From NCBI GenBank assembly GCA_963707955.1, contig OY970176.1, positions 1,152,001 through 1,216,000 of the forward strand: DNA of 64,000 nt. The letters run 5' to 3'. Each line of letters begins with the position of its first letter. Positions within the stretch are counted from its first letter, which is position 1. Below are positions 47,954 to 58,519 of the stretch, one piece after another. This DNA is from Candidatus Bathyarchaeota archaeon (GTDB lineage Archaea > Thermoproteota > Bathyarchaeia > Bathyarchaeales > Bathycorpusculaceae). The notes under the pieces were generated by a model. That model did not search any database. It was not told where the DNA came from and saw nothing but the letters and a program-made list of their open reading frames with translations. The position numbers were made by a program, and so were the translations under genes.

Positions 47954-48070
47954 AAAAGCTGAGCGAAACATGTCCTCAGGCTTGGTTCTCGACAACTGAC
48001 GAATGATAATCCTTAAAGATTTCTAAGCTGCTCTCACTCTACCCATCTAAATGTTGTGGAGGTGAAAAAA

Positions 48071-48148
48071 GTGGTGTTTGAAGAAGACTGGGAAGAAGAG
48101 GAAGACTGGGAAGAGGAAGACGAGGACTTGGAAGAAGAAGAGTGGTAA
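48071..48148 (+). CDS. 25-aa hyperacidic Trp-rich micropeptide
   Basis: MVFEEDWEEEEDWEEEDEDLEEEEW*; perfect SD GGAGGTGA at 48058-48065; TATA-like CTTAAAGA near 48012; hairpin and T-run downstream. Confidence 0.75.
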   Translation: MVFEEDWEEEEDWEEEDEDLEEEEW

Positions 48149-48163
48149 GGATGAGTAAGCAAT

Positions 48164-48187
48164 AGGCACTCTTGTGCTTTTTCTTTC
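48164..48187 (+). terminator. Probable terminator of the micropeptide gene
   Basis: AGGCAC-TCTT-GTGCTT hairpin followed by TTTCTTTC. Confidence 0.5.
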
Positions 48188-48275
48188 ACTTTGAAGAGCG
48201 GAACAATTTCCTTTGCTGTTTTTAAGGTTCACATTTATAAACCACTAGCGGCGAGCCTTCACTAGCGGGTCGAAC

Positions 48276-50063
48276 ATGACAAGGGTTGCAGTGTTAGACG
48301 CGGACAAGTGTAAGCCGAAACGCTGCAACAGACTGTGTTACCGTTTTTGTCCGATTGTTCGAAGTAAGATAGAGGCTATACGGTTTGAGGGCGAGAAAGC
48401 CGTGATCGTGGAGTCTCTGTGCACTGGATGCGGAATATGCGTCAGGAAGTGCCCGTTCAACGCCATTTCCATAGTCAACTTGCCAGACGAGCTGGAGAAA
48501 GACTGCAGCCACCGCTTCGGAGAGAACAGTTTCAAGCTTTACAGGCTTCCAACCCCGTCTCCAGGAACGGTCTTAGGGCTGCTGGGGCAGAACGGGATTG
48601 GCAAGACGACTACGCTGAGAATACTTTCAGGAGAAGTGAAGCTGAACCTTGGAAACTACGCAGAACCGTCTTCGTGGAACGACATTATCCAGCACTTCAG
48701 AGGTTCGACGCTTCAGGACTATTTTCTAAGAATGAGTGAGAACAAACTGAGGGTTTCGCACAAACCGCAGTACGTTGACAAGATTCCGAAGGCTGTTTCT
48801 GGAAAAGTCGGCGAACTGCTTGAAAAAGTGGATGAAAGAGGCATAATGGACACTGTGGCAGAGCAGTTGGAACTTAAGCCGCTGTGGGACCGCCCCCTCG
48901 AGGTCCTAAGCGGCGGCGAACTGCAACGCTTGGCAGTCACGGCTGCGATGTGCCGAGAGGCAGACGTCTACCTCTTCGATGAACCTTCAAGCTACTTGGA
49001 CGTGAGTCAGAGACTTCAGGTTGCCAAGGCCATAAGAAGCCTAACGTCAGCTCAGAAGACGGTTATAGTGGCAGAACACGACCTGGCAATAATCGACTAC
49101 TTGTCGGATCAAATCTGCATTTTCTACGGAGAACCGGGCGTCTACGGCATAGTGTCTAACGTTCACGGTGTCAGGACTGGCATCAACATCTATCTTGAGG
49201 GTTACATTCCGGACGAGAACGTTCGCTTCAGAAAAGAAGCAATAATCTTCCACGAGAAACCCCCAACGCAGAGCGCAGGTGCAGGTGAAACGTTGCTCGC
49301 ATGGGATCAAATAGAGAAGACTTACAAGGGTTTCAAGCTGGTAGTCCATCGTGGCGAGATCAAGAGGGGCGAAATAGTCGGAATACTTGGTGCCAACGGC
49401 ATCGGTAAGACGACTTTTGTGAAGATTCTGGCTGGAATCGAGGAAGCGGATGATGGGAGAAGGTTTGACCAATTGAAAGTCAGCTACAAGCCGCAGTACA
49501 TTTCGGCAGAGTACGAGGGCACAGTTCAGGAACTCCTGAGGAACGTTGCCAAAGAAAATTTTTCTTCAGGCTGGTACAGAACTGAGATACTTCAGCCTCT
49601 GAAGGTGAGCCCGCTTATGGACAGGAACGTGGCCGAACTCAGCGGAGGAGAACTGCAGGAAGTTGCAATCGCATCGTGCTTGTCCCGCGTCGCTGAGCTT
49701 TACTTGCTGGACGAGCCGAGCGCGTACTTGGACGTTGAGGAACGTTTGAACATGGCGAGAGCCATTCGAAGGGTTGTCGAGAACCGCAACGTAACTGGCC
49801 TCGTAGTCGAGCACGACGTGCTCACACAGGACTTCATTGCGGACCACTTGATGGTTTTCACGGGAAAACCTGGGACTGAGGGCACTGCCAACCCGCCTAC
49901 GAGTCTGAGGAGGGGGATGAACATGTTCCTGAAAGAGATGGAAGTGACCTTCAGAAGAGACCCAGCCACGAAGAGGCCTAGGGTTAACAAGGAGGGGTCG
50001 AAGCTTGACAAGTTTCAAAAAGAGATCGGAGAATACTACTACGTTCGCACTCACAGGAAATAG
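48276..50063 (+). CDS. rli1: Ribosome recycling ATPase ABCE1/Rli1
   Basis: N-terminal FeS domain (C.P..C...C..FCP; CTGCGICVRKCP), two ABC NBDs (GQNGIGKT, GANGIGKT, LSGGELQ), TFRRD...RPRVNK. Confidence 0.97.
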   Translation: MTRVAVLDADKCKPKRCNRLCYRFCPIVRSKIEAIRFEGEKAVIVESLCTGCGICVRKCPFNAISIVNLPDELEKDCSHRFGENSFKLYRLPTPSPGTVLGLLGQNGIGKTTTLRILSGEVKLNLGNYAEPSSWNDIIQHFRGSTLQDYFLRMSENKLRVSHKPQYVDKIPKAVSGKVGELLEKVDERGIMDTVAEQLELKPLWDRPLEVLSGGELQRLAVTAAMCREADVYLFDEPSSYLDVSQRLQVAKAIRSLTSAQKTVIVAEHDLAIIDYLSDQICIFYGEPGVYGIVSNVHGVRTGINIYLEGYIPDENVRFRKEAIIFHEKPPTQSAGAGETLLAWDQIEKTYKGFKLVVHRGEIKRGEIVGILGANGIGKTTFVKILAGIEEADDGRRFDQLKVSYKPQYISAEYEGTVQELLRNVAKENFSSGWYRTEILQPLKVSPLMDRNVAELSGGELQEVAIASCLSRVAELYLLDEPSAYLDVEERLNMARAIRRVVENRNVTGLVVEHDVLTQDFIADHLMVFTGKPGTEGTANPPTSLRRGMNMFLKEMEVTFRRDPATKRPRVNKEGSKLDKFQKEIGEYYYVRTHRK

Positions 50064-50079
50064 GGCCTAGGAAGCAACC

Positions 50080-50499
50080 ATGTCTAGAATCGGAGAAACA
50101 GAAACGAAGTTGTTGGAAGCCGCCTCAGAGGCTACAAAGAATGCACACGTCCTATGGGGCTTCAAAGTCGGAGCTGCTGTGCTTGCAGAAGACGGAAAAG
50201 TTTACGTTGGCTGCAACGTTGAAAGCTGGGTTTCTGGGCTCGGCACCGCAGAGAGATGCGCGATAGACCATGCGGTCTTGCATGGAAACAGCAGAATCAT
50301 GGAAATAGCCATCGTGACCAACAAAGAAAAGCCAGAGAAGCCAACACCCTGCGGCGCCTGCCTGCAATACATCCACGATTTCGCCGAAAATTCTGAAATA
50401 AAGATCCTCATGGCACAGACCGAAAGAGGCAAGATTGCGCCTGAAACGGTTGAGATAAAGACTCTTAGGGAGCTTTTCCCTTTTCCCTACGAAAAATGA
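50080..50499 (+). CDS. Cytidine deaminase-like protein lacking the first Zn-ligand Cys
   Basis: FKVGAA, GCNVE, GLGT-AER (canonical CAER), PCGACLQ. Confidence 0.8.
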   Translation: MSRIGETETKLLEAASEATKNAHVLWGFKVGAAVLAEDGKVYVGCNVESWVSGLGTAERCAIDHAVLHGNSRIMEIAIVTNKEKPEKPTPCGACLQYIHDFAENSEIKILMAQTERGKIAPETVEIKTLRELFPFPYEK

Positions 50500-50650
50500 C
50501 AAGTTTGTTGTAGTTAAGTTAAAGAACGAGCAGAGTATATCGTAGAGATAATCTGATTTGGAGAAGGCCGGAAAACTCAGTGGCTGGGAGGCTCAAAGAG
50601 ATAAACGTTCAGAAGTGTCTGCGCCAGAGAGACCTAAAGGGGGGATGGAT

Positions 50651-52181
50651 ATGGCTCAGACTTTTGAGGAAATAAGTGCAGCTGACTTTTTTCTACCGTA
50701 ACAGGGACATTGCTGGGTTTACGAATCCGTCTAGAGCCATTTTCGTGGCGGTCAGGGAGTTGGTTGAGAACTCGCTGGACGCGGCGGAAAGCCACCGATT
50801 ACTGCCGGACGTGTATGTTCGCTTGTCGTACGAGGGTGAAGCCAGCGCGGAGACTCAAGTTTACAAGTTGAGGGTTGAGGACAACGGCATCGGGGTTCCG
50901 CCTCGGCACATTCCTTCTGCCTTTGGCCAGATTCTTTTCGGTTCGAAGTACAAGCTTAAGCAGCAGAGGGGAACGTTCGGCTTGGGCGGCAAGATGGCGA
51001 TTCTGTATGGACAGATCACGACGCATCAGCCGGCCACGATAATCTCCAGCACGGGCATCTCGAAGACCTACATGTACAAGCTCATGATTGACATTCAGCG
51101 GAACCGCCCAGTGATTCTTGACAGAAAGGTTCTGATAAACAAGGAAATGTGGCGTGGAACCGTCGTCGAGTTTGCGCTTGAAGGGGACTATTTCAGGGCG
51201 ATGCCGAAGATTTTGGATTATCTCAAGCAGACGGCCATGGTGAACCCCTACGCAAACCTGACGTTCGTGGACCCAAAGGGTAGGCTGTACAAGTTCACCA
51301 GGGTAACCAAGGATATGCCGGTTCCGCCGAAGGAGACGAAGCCGCATCCGTACGGGGTGGACGTGGAACTGCTTCAACGGCTGATACAGATCACGCCCTA
51401 CAGGAATATGCTTGACTTCTTGAAGAACCATTTCCACCGTGTCGGCGAAATCACCGCGCAGAAGTTCTTGGCGTTCAGTGAAATAAGCCCGTCCAAAAAC
51501 CCGAGGAAACTCACTCACGAAGAAATCGTTAGGCTCATGCACATGCTGAAGAGGTTCAAGGAGTTTCTGCCGCCGGACGCAAGCTGCCTTTCTCCTCTCG
51601 GTGAGGACTTGCTGAAAACCGGAATCTCGAAGGAGCTGAAGCCAGAGTTTGTGTCTGTTCATCAGCGGAAACCGGCCACGTATGCTGGGCACCCGTTCAT
51701 CATTGAAATAGGCATAGCTTACGGCGGAGAGGTCCCAAGCAGGGGAGCTTTCATCGTCTATCGTTTTGCAAACAGAATCCCGTTGTTGTATGATGAGGCG
51801 AACGACGTTTCGCTCAGAGTGATCTCGGCGATGAACTGGCGCAGGTACCATGCCACTCCTGAAATGCCAGTGGCAATTCTTGTGCACATCTGCAGCACGA
51901 AGGTACCGTATAAGACGGTTGGCAAAGAGTTCATCGCTGACAGGCCTGAGGTTAGAAGGGAGATTGCAAATGGGCTGCGAGAAGTTGCTCGGCAACTCCA
52001 GCTTTTCCTGTCAAGAAGGGAGCATGTTGACAGGGACCGAAAGAGGCTGGGTGTTTTCAGCAAGTACCTGCCCAAGATTGCTCAGTTTTCGACTCAACTT
52101 GCGTGCAAGGAGAAGGTACCCGATATTGAGAAGCTTTTGGCGAGTGTGAAGAAGTATGGAACGGAAGAAGCACAGGATTAG
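50651..52181 (+). CDS. top6B: DNA topoisomerase VI subunit B, +1 frameshift in T6 run at 50687-50692
   Basis: MAQTFEEISAADF(fs)FYRNRDIAGF; ELVENSLDA, DNGIG, RGTFGLG GHKL motifs; RFANRIPL. Confidence 0.94.
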
Positions 52182-53247
52182 TGTGAGTGAAAGGAAGAAA
52201 GAAGTTTTAGCGGGCCTTGAGACCCTTGGAAGCAAAATCTATGATCAGCTTGACAAGGCCATCTTTCCGTCAATAGACATGCCGAGCCGCTCTACGGACA
52301 ACATAATGTACGATGAGAAGATCAGACAGTTCATACTAGGCGACAGGAGGGTTCGCAGAAGCGCGCGTAACATCAGCCACCTGAAGCCGTTCACCCAGCT
52401 GGTCTGGGCGGCACTGTTCTCCAATGAGCTTTCTTCGCAACGTAAAACGTCAACTCTGAGGGATGTCTACTACTCGGCGCAGGCATATGAGATGACGTTC
52501 AAGGACCAGCAGGAATCAAACAACATCATAACAGACTTGGAAACGGTTCTGGGGTTTTCAAGAGAAGACTTCAACATCTTTCCAGAAGAGCGCTCAGCAG
52601 TCTTCGGCGACCTGAGAATAGAGTACACTGTGCCGGGTTATGAAGGCAAGACTCTAGATCTGACGTCTCACCCAGACGGCGTGCTCATCGGACCGGCACT
52701 GACTTCGTCCGAGTTTGTCAAAACCTCTGCAGACAAAGTAATAGCCATCGAGAAAGGCGGCTTGTTCACAAGGTTCATCGAAGAAAACGTGCACAAGAAG
52801 CACAACGCTGTTCTAGTGTTGACAGCCGGTCAGGCGCCCCGGGCCACGAGACACTTCATAAGAAGATTGAATGAGGAGCTGAACCTTCCAGTTTTCATCT
52901 TCACAGACGGTGACCCGTGGGGAATGCACATCGCCATGGTCATAATCTCAGGCTCTGCGAACGCTGCGCACTTGAGAGAGTTGAACACGCCTGACGCAAA
53001 ATGGAGCGGAGTCTGGGCAACAGACATCGTCGACTACAAGTTTCCGACTGATCCGCTGGACGACGTGGACATGAAGAGACTGTATGAGCTGCAGAAGGAT
53101 CCACGTTACAAAGACCCATTATGGCGCAGAGAGATCAAGACCTTTATGAAAATCAAACGGAAGGCGGAGCAAGAGGCGTTCAGCAGATACGGCCTAACAT
53201 ACATCGTGGACGAATACTTGCCGAACAAGCTCGAAGAAACGAAGTGA
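52156..53247 (+). CDS. top6A: DNA topoisomerase VI subunit A
   Basis: TLRDVYY catalytic Tyr, IEKGG and FTDGDPWG TOPRIM motifs, KAEQE. Confidence 0.95.
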   Translation: MERKKHRISVSERKKEVLAGLETLGSKIYDQLDKAIFPSIDMPSRSTDNIMYDEKIRQFILGDRRVRRSARNISHLKPFTQLVWAALFSNELSSQRKTSTLRDVYYSAQAYEMTFKDQQESNNIITDLETVLGFSREDFNIFPEERSAVFGDLRIEYTVPGYEGKTLDLTSHPDGVLIGPALTSSEFVKTSADKVIAIEKGGLFTRFIEENVHKKHNAVLVLTAGQAPRATRHFIRRLNEELNLPVFIFTDGDPWGMHIAMVIISGSANAAHLRELNTPDAKWSGVWATDIVDYKFPTDPLDDVDMKRLYELQKDPRYKDPLWRREIKTFMKIKRKAEQEAFSRYGLTYIVDEYLPNKLEETK

Positions 53248-53400
53248 AACCGCTCTCTTGACACACGCCCTTGTCTTGCACGTTCAGGGAAAACGAAGGC
53301 CTTCTCGTAACGGCTCTTATGATAGGGCACGCTTTTAGCGAAAGCATAAAATAACTGTGCATCTTTCTATCTGGGAGCATGTTGGAAGGAATGGACTGAA

Positions 53401-53601
53401 ATGAGTGATGAAGGCGGCTTCGGAATAGGTTTGGCTGAAAAATTCTTCGGCCTGATAATCTTTGTTGTGGGTCTTCTTGCTTTGTACTACACCGCCACAA
53501 GCGCCTCGACTCTGGGCGCGTTGACCGGTTTCTTCAGCGTTCTGTGCCTTATCCTCGTGGTGGTAGGTCTAGTTTTGATGATAGCCAAGACTAGTGAATA
53601 G
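53401..53601 (+). CDS. Small two-TM hypothetical protein
   Basis: 66 aa, two hydrophobic helices, fills the gap between flanking genes. Confidence 0.65.
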   Translation: MSDEGGFGIGLAEKFFGLIIFVVGLLALYYTATSASTLGALTGFFSVLCLILVVVGLVLMIAKTSE

Positions 53602-53602
53602 G

Positions 53603-53920
53603 CTATTCTCTTCTTTCAACAACTATCCTGCATTTCGTGGCCAGAGCAGCTATGACGCCTAGGGCTGCAAGCCATGGAGCAATGACGGCGCCGATGACCC
53701 CGACAGTGGCGGGTATTTCAAGAAGAACCTTCTCGTTCACATCCTTGACGATTATCCTGGTCACGTTTCCCTCGTGAAGCAGCTCCTTAACCCTCTGAAT
53801 GAGGTCGTCAGAAGAAACCGTGAACTCCTCTCGCGCAACTTTGGTGACCTTCGCACCGCAAACAGTGCAGAACTTATCCTCATCCATCAACTTCGCTCCA
53901 CACTTCGAGCAGTACGGCAA
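53603..53920 (-). CDS. Zinc-ribbon plus DUF4342-like domain protein
   Basis: PYCSKCG...FCTVCG; L..RVKEL.HEGNVTRIIVK...LEIP.T.G...C.I.VER; start TTG 53920. Confidence 0.8.
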   Translation of the reverse strand: MPYCSKCGAKLMDEDKFCTVCGAKVTKVAREEFTVSSDDLIQRVKELLHEGNVTRIIVKDVNEKVLLEIPATVGVIGAVIAPWLAALGVIAALATKCRIVVERRE

Positions 53921-54025
53921 ACTCTGAGCTCCTGAGATGAGCATTTATTAGGGTAATAGTTTATTAATTTTCAGCAGACAGTCAGAAAACGGCTTGTTCA
54001 GCGCTGGTGCAGGAAGAAGATTAAA

Positions 54026-55808
54026 ATGCCGATTCGTCAACCAATCGTGTGCGTTCTCGGCCACGTTGACAGCGGCAAGACTTCTCTTCTGGATAAGATC
54101 CGCAAAACAAGCGTTCAGGCCCGCGAAGTCGGCGGAATCACTCAGCACATCGGCGCCAAGCTTCTTCCCACCTGAGACTCTAGCTCAGCTTGTGGGTCCC
54201 CAACTCTCCGGAGTCAAGGGCGAAATAGAAATCCCCGGCCTGCTCATCGTGGACACACCGGGACACGAGGTTTTCACGAACCTTCGCAGAAGAGGCGGCA
54301 GCGTCGCAGACATAGCCATTCTGGTAATCAACGTTCTCAGAGGCCTCGAAGCTCAAACCTACGAATGCATCGAGATTCTCAAGGCCCGGAAGACTCCGTT
54401 CATAGTCGCAGCGAACATGATTGACCGCATACCAGGCTGGAGGTCCCAACCAGACACACCCTTCTCTAAAACCTATCCGCTGCAAGACCCTTACGTCAGG
54501 GAGGACCTGGACAACAGAATATACGACATCATAGGCACATTCTTCCGGTTGGGGTTCAAAACAGATCGCTTCGACCACGTAAGAGAATTCACTACTACTG
54601 TAGCAGTAGTTCCCACTAGCGCCAAGACAGGCGAGGGCATAAGCGAACTCATCATGGTACTCATCGGACTTGCACAGCAGTACCTCAAGAAGCGTCTGCA
54701 GACTACTAAAGGCCCAGCAAAGGGCACGATTCTGGAAGTGAAGGAGGAAACTGGGCTCGGACTAACCCTTAACACGATCATCTACGACGGTGTGCTGCAG
54801 AAGGACGACCTGATCGTCGTAGGCGGCAAAGAAAAACCAATAGTAACACGGACACGTGCGATTCTCGTCCCCAAACCGCTGGACGAGATCAGAGACCCAA
54901 GGGACAAGTTCTCCTCGGTCGACTCTGTTTCTGCCGCGGCTGGAGTCAAGATCGTCGCGCCGGACCTTGAAGGAGTCTTAGCAGGCGCAACTCTGTACGC
55001 TGTTCCTAAAGGTGCCGAACCAGAAAAGTACGCCAGATTGATCACCGAGGAAATTGGAAAAATCAGAATCTCAACGGATATTGACGGAGTTGTCGTGAAG
55101 GCAGACACGCTTGGCTCACTTGAGGCGATTGCAGATATACTCAAGCAGAACAAGGTGTCCATCCGACTGGCAGATGTTGGAGACATATCGAAACGAGACG
55201 TTGCCGAAGCAGCCGCCGTGAAGGAACACGAACCGCTGTACGGCGCCATACTAGCCTTCAACGTTAGAACCCTGCCCGATGCGGAAGAAGAAGCCACAAG
55301 CAGAGGCATAACGATCTTCGCGGATAGAATAATCTACCATGTCATAGAGAACTATCTTGCATGGTTCAAAGGAAAACGCGAAGCCGGACTCGAAGAAGAC
55401 TTCGACGCCCTCGTCAAACCCGCCAAACTTAGAGTTATGGAAGGCTACGTGTTCCGAAGAGCCAAACCCGCCATATTCGGCGTCGAAATCCTCGCAGGAA
55501 ACATCAAGCCCAAATACGGGCTCGTAAGAGCTGAAAACGGCGAAGAAATCGGCGAAATCCAGCAGATACAAGAAAAAGGAGAAGCCCTTTCAACCGCCGG
55601 ACAAGGAATGCAGGTAGCAGTGTCAGTCGACAAGCCCATTTTTGGAAGACACATATTCGAAAAAGACGTGCTGTACGTCAAAATCCCTGAAAAGCACGCC
55701 AAAGCGCTGCAGGCAAAGTTCACCGAAAAGTTGACTCCGGAAGAACTTGAAGCACTCAACGAGTACGTCAACCTCATGAGAAAGAAAGTGCCCTTCTGGG
55801 GAGCATAA
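54026..55808 (+). CDS. infB: Translation initiation factor aIF5B (IF-2), +1 frameshift near 54158
   Basis: [28 protein letters not shown] from ATG 54026 continues into SFFP..DTPGHE.F.NLRRRGG of ORF 53994..55808. Confidence 0.94.
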
Positions 55809-55892
55809 AGCACGTGTCCCTGACCCACAAAAACTAGTAAATGCGCAGGATGCAAACCGTAAACTGACCGCAGACTAACCATCGGGCGAATG

Positions 55893-56186
55893 TTAGCCGC
55901 CGCTGACAGGTGGAACTATCGCAAGAATATCTCCATCCGAAAGCTCAGTTTCCATGCCTTTAGGGGAAGACACGCTTCTGCCGTTCACGAGAAACTGCAG
56001 GAAACCCTTAACCTCACGAGTCCTATGGTCATAAACGTACTCGCCAAAGGCTTTACCATACTTCTCACTTAACCGCTTAAGAACACGGTTCACTGTCACC
56101 TCTTCATCCTTTGGAAACTGTAAAGTTTCCTCTTTCTTGCCTGTGATCTCCCTGAGAATAGTGAAGAACCGCACTGAGACACGCAA
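55893..56186 (-). CDS. MoaD/ThiS/SAMP ubiquitin-like protein
   Basis: V.VRFF..LRE.TG, LVNGR, L.DGD.LAI.PPVSGG C-terminus; start about TTG 56186. Confidence 0.9.
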   Translation of the reverse strand: MRVSVRFFTILREITGKKEETLQFPKDEEVTVNRVLKRLSEKYGKAFGEYVYDHRTREVKGFLQFLVNGRSVSSPKGMETELSDGDILAIVPPVSGG

Positions 56187-56400
56187 GACTTGACCGCCTA
56201 GAAAAATGAAACAACAAGCCAAAATTTAAACCGTTGCACCGCAGAAAACACAAAACAACGTGTGCATGCACTGCGCAGTTTCGCCCGCGAACGGAGCAAA
56301 TCTATTTACAGACGCAAACATGCAGAGGCAAGATTTATATTATTGAGCATTTTTGCTTATTTCCGACTAATAGAATTCTAACCTTGAACGGAGGGTATGA

Positions 56401-58056
56401 ATGGCATATTTAACGACAACAGCGTCGGGACAACCAGTCCTGATCCTGAAGGAAGGAACGTCACGGAACAGAGGTAAGGAAACTCAGAGAAACAATATAA
56501 TGGCCGCAAGAATAGTCGGTGAAGTCTTGAAGACGACCTTGGGACCGCGCGGCATGGACAAGATGCTCATCGACAGCCTTGGAGACATCACCATAACAAA
56601 CGACGGAGCCACGATACTGAACGAGATTGAAGTTGACCACCCAGCAGCGAAGATGATGGTGGAAATCGCGAAAACTCAAGACGACATGGTAGGCGACGGA
56701 ACGACAACCGCCGTCGTGTTGGCAGGGGAACTGCTCAAAAAGGCAGAAGATCTCTTAGAACAGAACATCCACCCCACGATAATTGTCAGCGGCTACCGCA
56801 AGGCAGCCGAAAAGGCGGTTGAAACAATAAACAACACGGCGATAGAAGTCGACATAGAAGACCGTGCGACACTCAAAAAAGTCGCCGTGACATCGATGGC
56901 AAGCAAGGCAGTAGGCGCGGCGAAAGACCACCTTGCAGACATGGCAATCGACGCGGTGATGCAAATAGTTGAAAAACGCGGAGACAGAAACGTCGCCGAC
57001 ATAGACAACGTTCAAGTCACGAAGAAAACGGGAAAGAGCCTCTTCGAGTCACAACTCGTCAAAGGCCTAGTCATAGACAAGGAAGTAGTCCACTCCGGCA
57101 TGCCTAAACAAGTCGAAAGAGCAAAGATAGCACTATTGGACGCTGCACTCGAAATTGAGAAGACAGAGATCAGCGCTGAAATACGGATACGCGACCCAAA
57201 CCAGATGAAAGCCTTCCTAGACCAAGAAAACAAGATGCTGCAAGACATGGTTGAAAAGGTCAAAGCCTCAGGCGCAAACGTTGTTTTCTGCCAGAAAGGC
57301 ATCGACGACATGGCGCAACACTTCCTAGCAAAAGCAGGAATACTCGCAGCAAGAAGAGTGAAACAGTCAGACATGGAGAAGCTGGCAAGAGCCACTGGCG
57401 GAAGAATAATCACGAACCTCACCGACTTGAAAGTCCAAGACTTGGGAGCAGCGGGCCTCGTGGAAGAACGCAAACTCGGCGAAGACAAGATGATCTTCGT
57501 GGAGAAATGCAAAGACCCCCGCTCAGTCGCCATCATTATACGCGCTGGACTAGAAAGAATGGTCGACGAAGCTGAAAGAGCAATGACCGACGCGCTGTCC
57601 GTGGTTTCAGACGTCATAGAAAACAACAAGATAGTTGCAGGCGGCGGCGCAGTGGAAGTCGAAATGGCCAAAGAACTTCGAAAGTACGCCATAAACGTGG
57701 GCGGAAGAGAACAGCTCGCGATAGAATCCTTCGCTGACGCCATCGAAGTGATACCCAAAGCCCTAGCTGAAAACGCTGGGCTCGAACCTGTAGACGTAAT
57801 CGTCGAACTTAGAGCAGCACACGAGAAAACAGACGGCCAACACAAAGGCATAAACGTCTTCAACGGAAAAGTCGAAAACATGCGCGACAAAGGCGTGATC
57901 GAACCCCTAGTAGTGAAAGAACAGGCAGTGAAGTCAGCAACAGAATCCGCTGCAATGATACTCCGCATAGACGACGTCATAGCAGCCACCAAGCCTAAGG
58001 AAGGACCAGGAGCAGGAAAACCACCCGGCGGCGAAATGCCCGAAGGCGAAGACTAA
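56401..58056 (+). CDS. ths: Thermosome (group II chaperonin) subunit
   Basis: [36 protein letters not shown]. Confidence 0.97.
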   Translation: MAYLTTTASGQPVLILKEGTSRNRGKETQRNNIMAARIVGEVLKTTLGPRGMDKMLIDSLGDITITNDGATILNEIEVDHPAAKMMVEIAKTQDDMVGDGTTTAVVLAGELLKKAEDLLEQNIHPTIIVSGYRKAAEKAVETINNTAIEVDIEDRATLKKVAVTSMASKAVGAAKDHLADMAIDAVMQIVEKRGDRNVADIDNVQVTKKTGKSLFESQLVKGLVIDKEVVHSGMPKQVERAKIALLDAALEIEKTEISAEIRIRDPNQMKAFLDQENKMLQDMVEKVKASGANVVFCQKGIDDMAQHFLAKAGILAARRVKQSDMEKLARATGGRIITNLTDLKVQDLGAAGLVEERKLGEDKMIFVEKCKDPRSVAIIIRAGLERMVDEAERAMTDALSVVSDVIENNKIVAGGGAVEVEMAKELRKYAINVGGREQLAIESFADAIEVIPKALAENAGLEPVDVIVELRAAHEKTDGQHKGINVFNGKVENMRDKGVIEPLVVKEQAVKSATESAAMILRIDDVIAATKPKEGPGAGKPPGGEMPEGED

Positions 58057-58302
58057 AAACATCCCCTAGTTTTTCTACATCTTCCATCCATTTTTCTCAA
58101 CAATACACTAACTTTACACTGTCAGCTTCTTCGCGCGCCAATGGCAAGCCAGAGTCTGTGCAGATCCTTTGTGGCTTCAACACTTTGTCAATCAAGAAAT
58201 CCTTCGCCGCCTCCACGGGGAGAATAAACGTCACAGAACGATCAGCAACACTATAACTAGAAGAACGAAAATATACTTCAAACGCAAGTAGTCTTGTCCA
58301 GT

Positions 58303-58415
58303 GCTCCGGTAGTATAGTCCGGTCAAACCTTGAAGGGATCATGTATAGCGGCCTCTCGACTCTCACAACTGGGAGAAAGCCGCGGACCCGGGTCCAAATC
58401 CCGGCCGGAGCACCA
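58303..58415 (+). tRNA. tRNA-Glu(CTC) with two introns (21/22: 58327-58342; 37/38: 58359-58377) and encoded CCA
   Basis: Acceptor GCTCCGG/CCGGAGC-ACCA; anticodon stem GCGGC/GCCGC with loop CT-CTC-G|A; BHB-like motifs around both introns. Confidence 0.92.
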
Positions 58416-58519
58416 TTTTGACGCGCCAAAGAGATTGTTATGAAAAAGCAATTTGTTTCTTCATTCGCGTTTTTTCCCGGAAGAAACGTTATAGTTTAGT
58501 CGGGTCATGTTATGAGTAG

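Noticed and set aside
50799-51995. 398-aa minus-strand ORF
   Set aside because: Antisense shadow of top6B with no recognisable motifs.
57012-57992. 326-aa minus-strand ORF
   Set aside because: Ser/Thr/Phe-rich antisense shadow of the thermosome gene.
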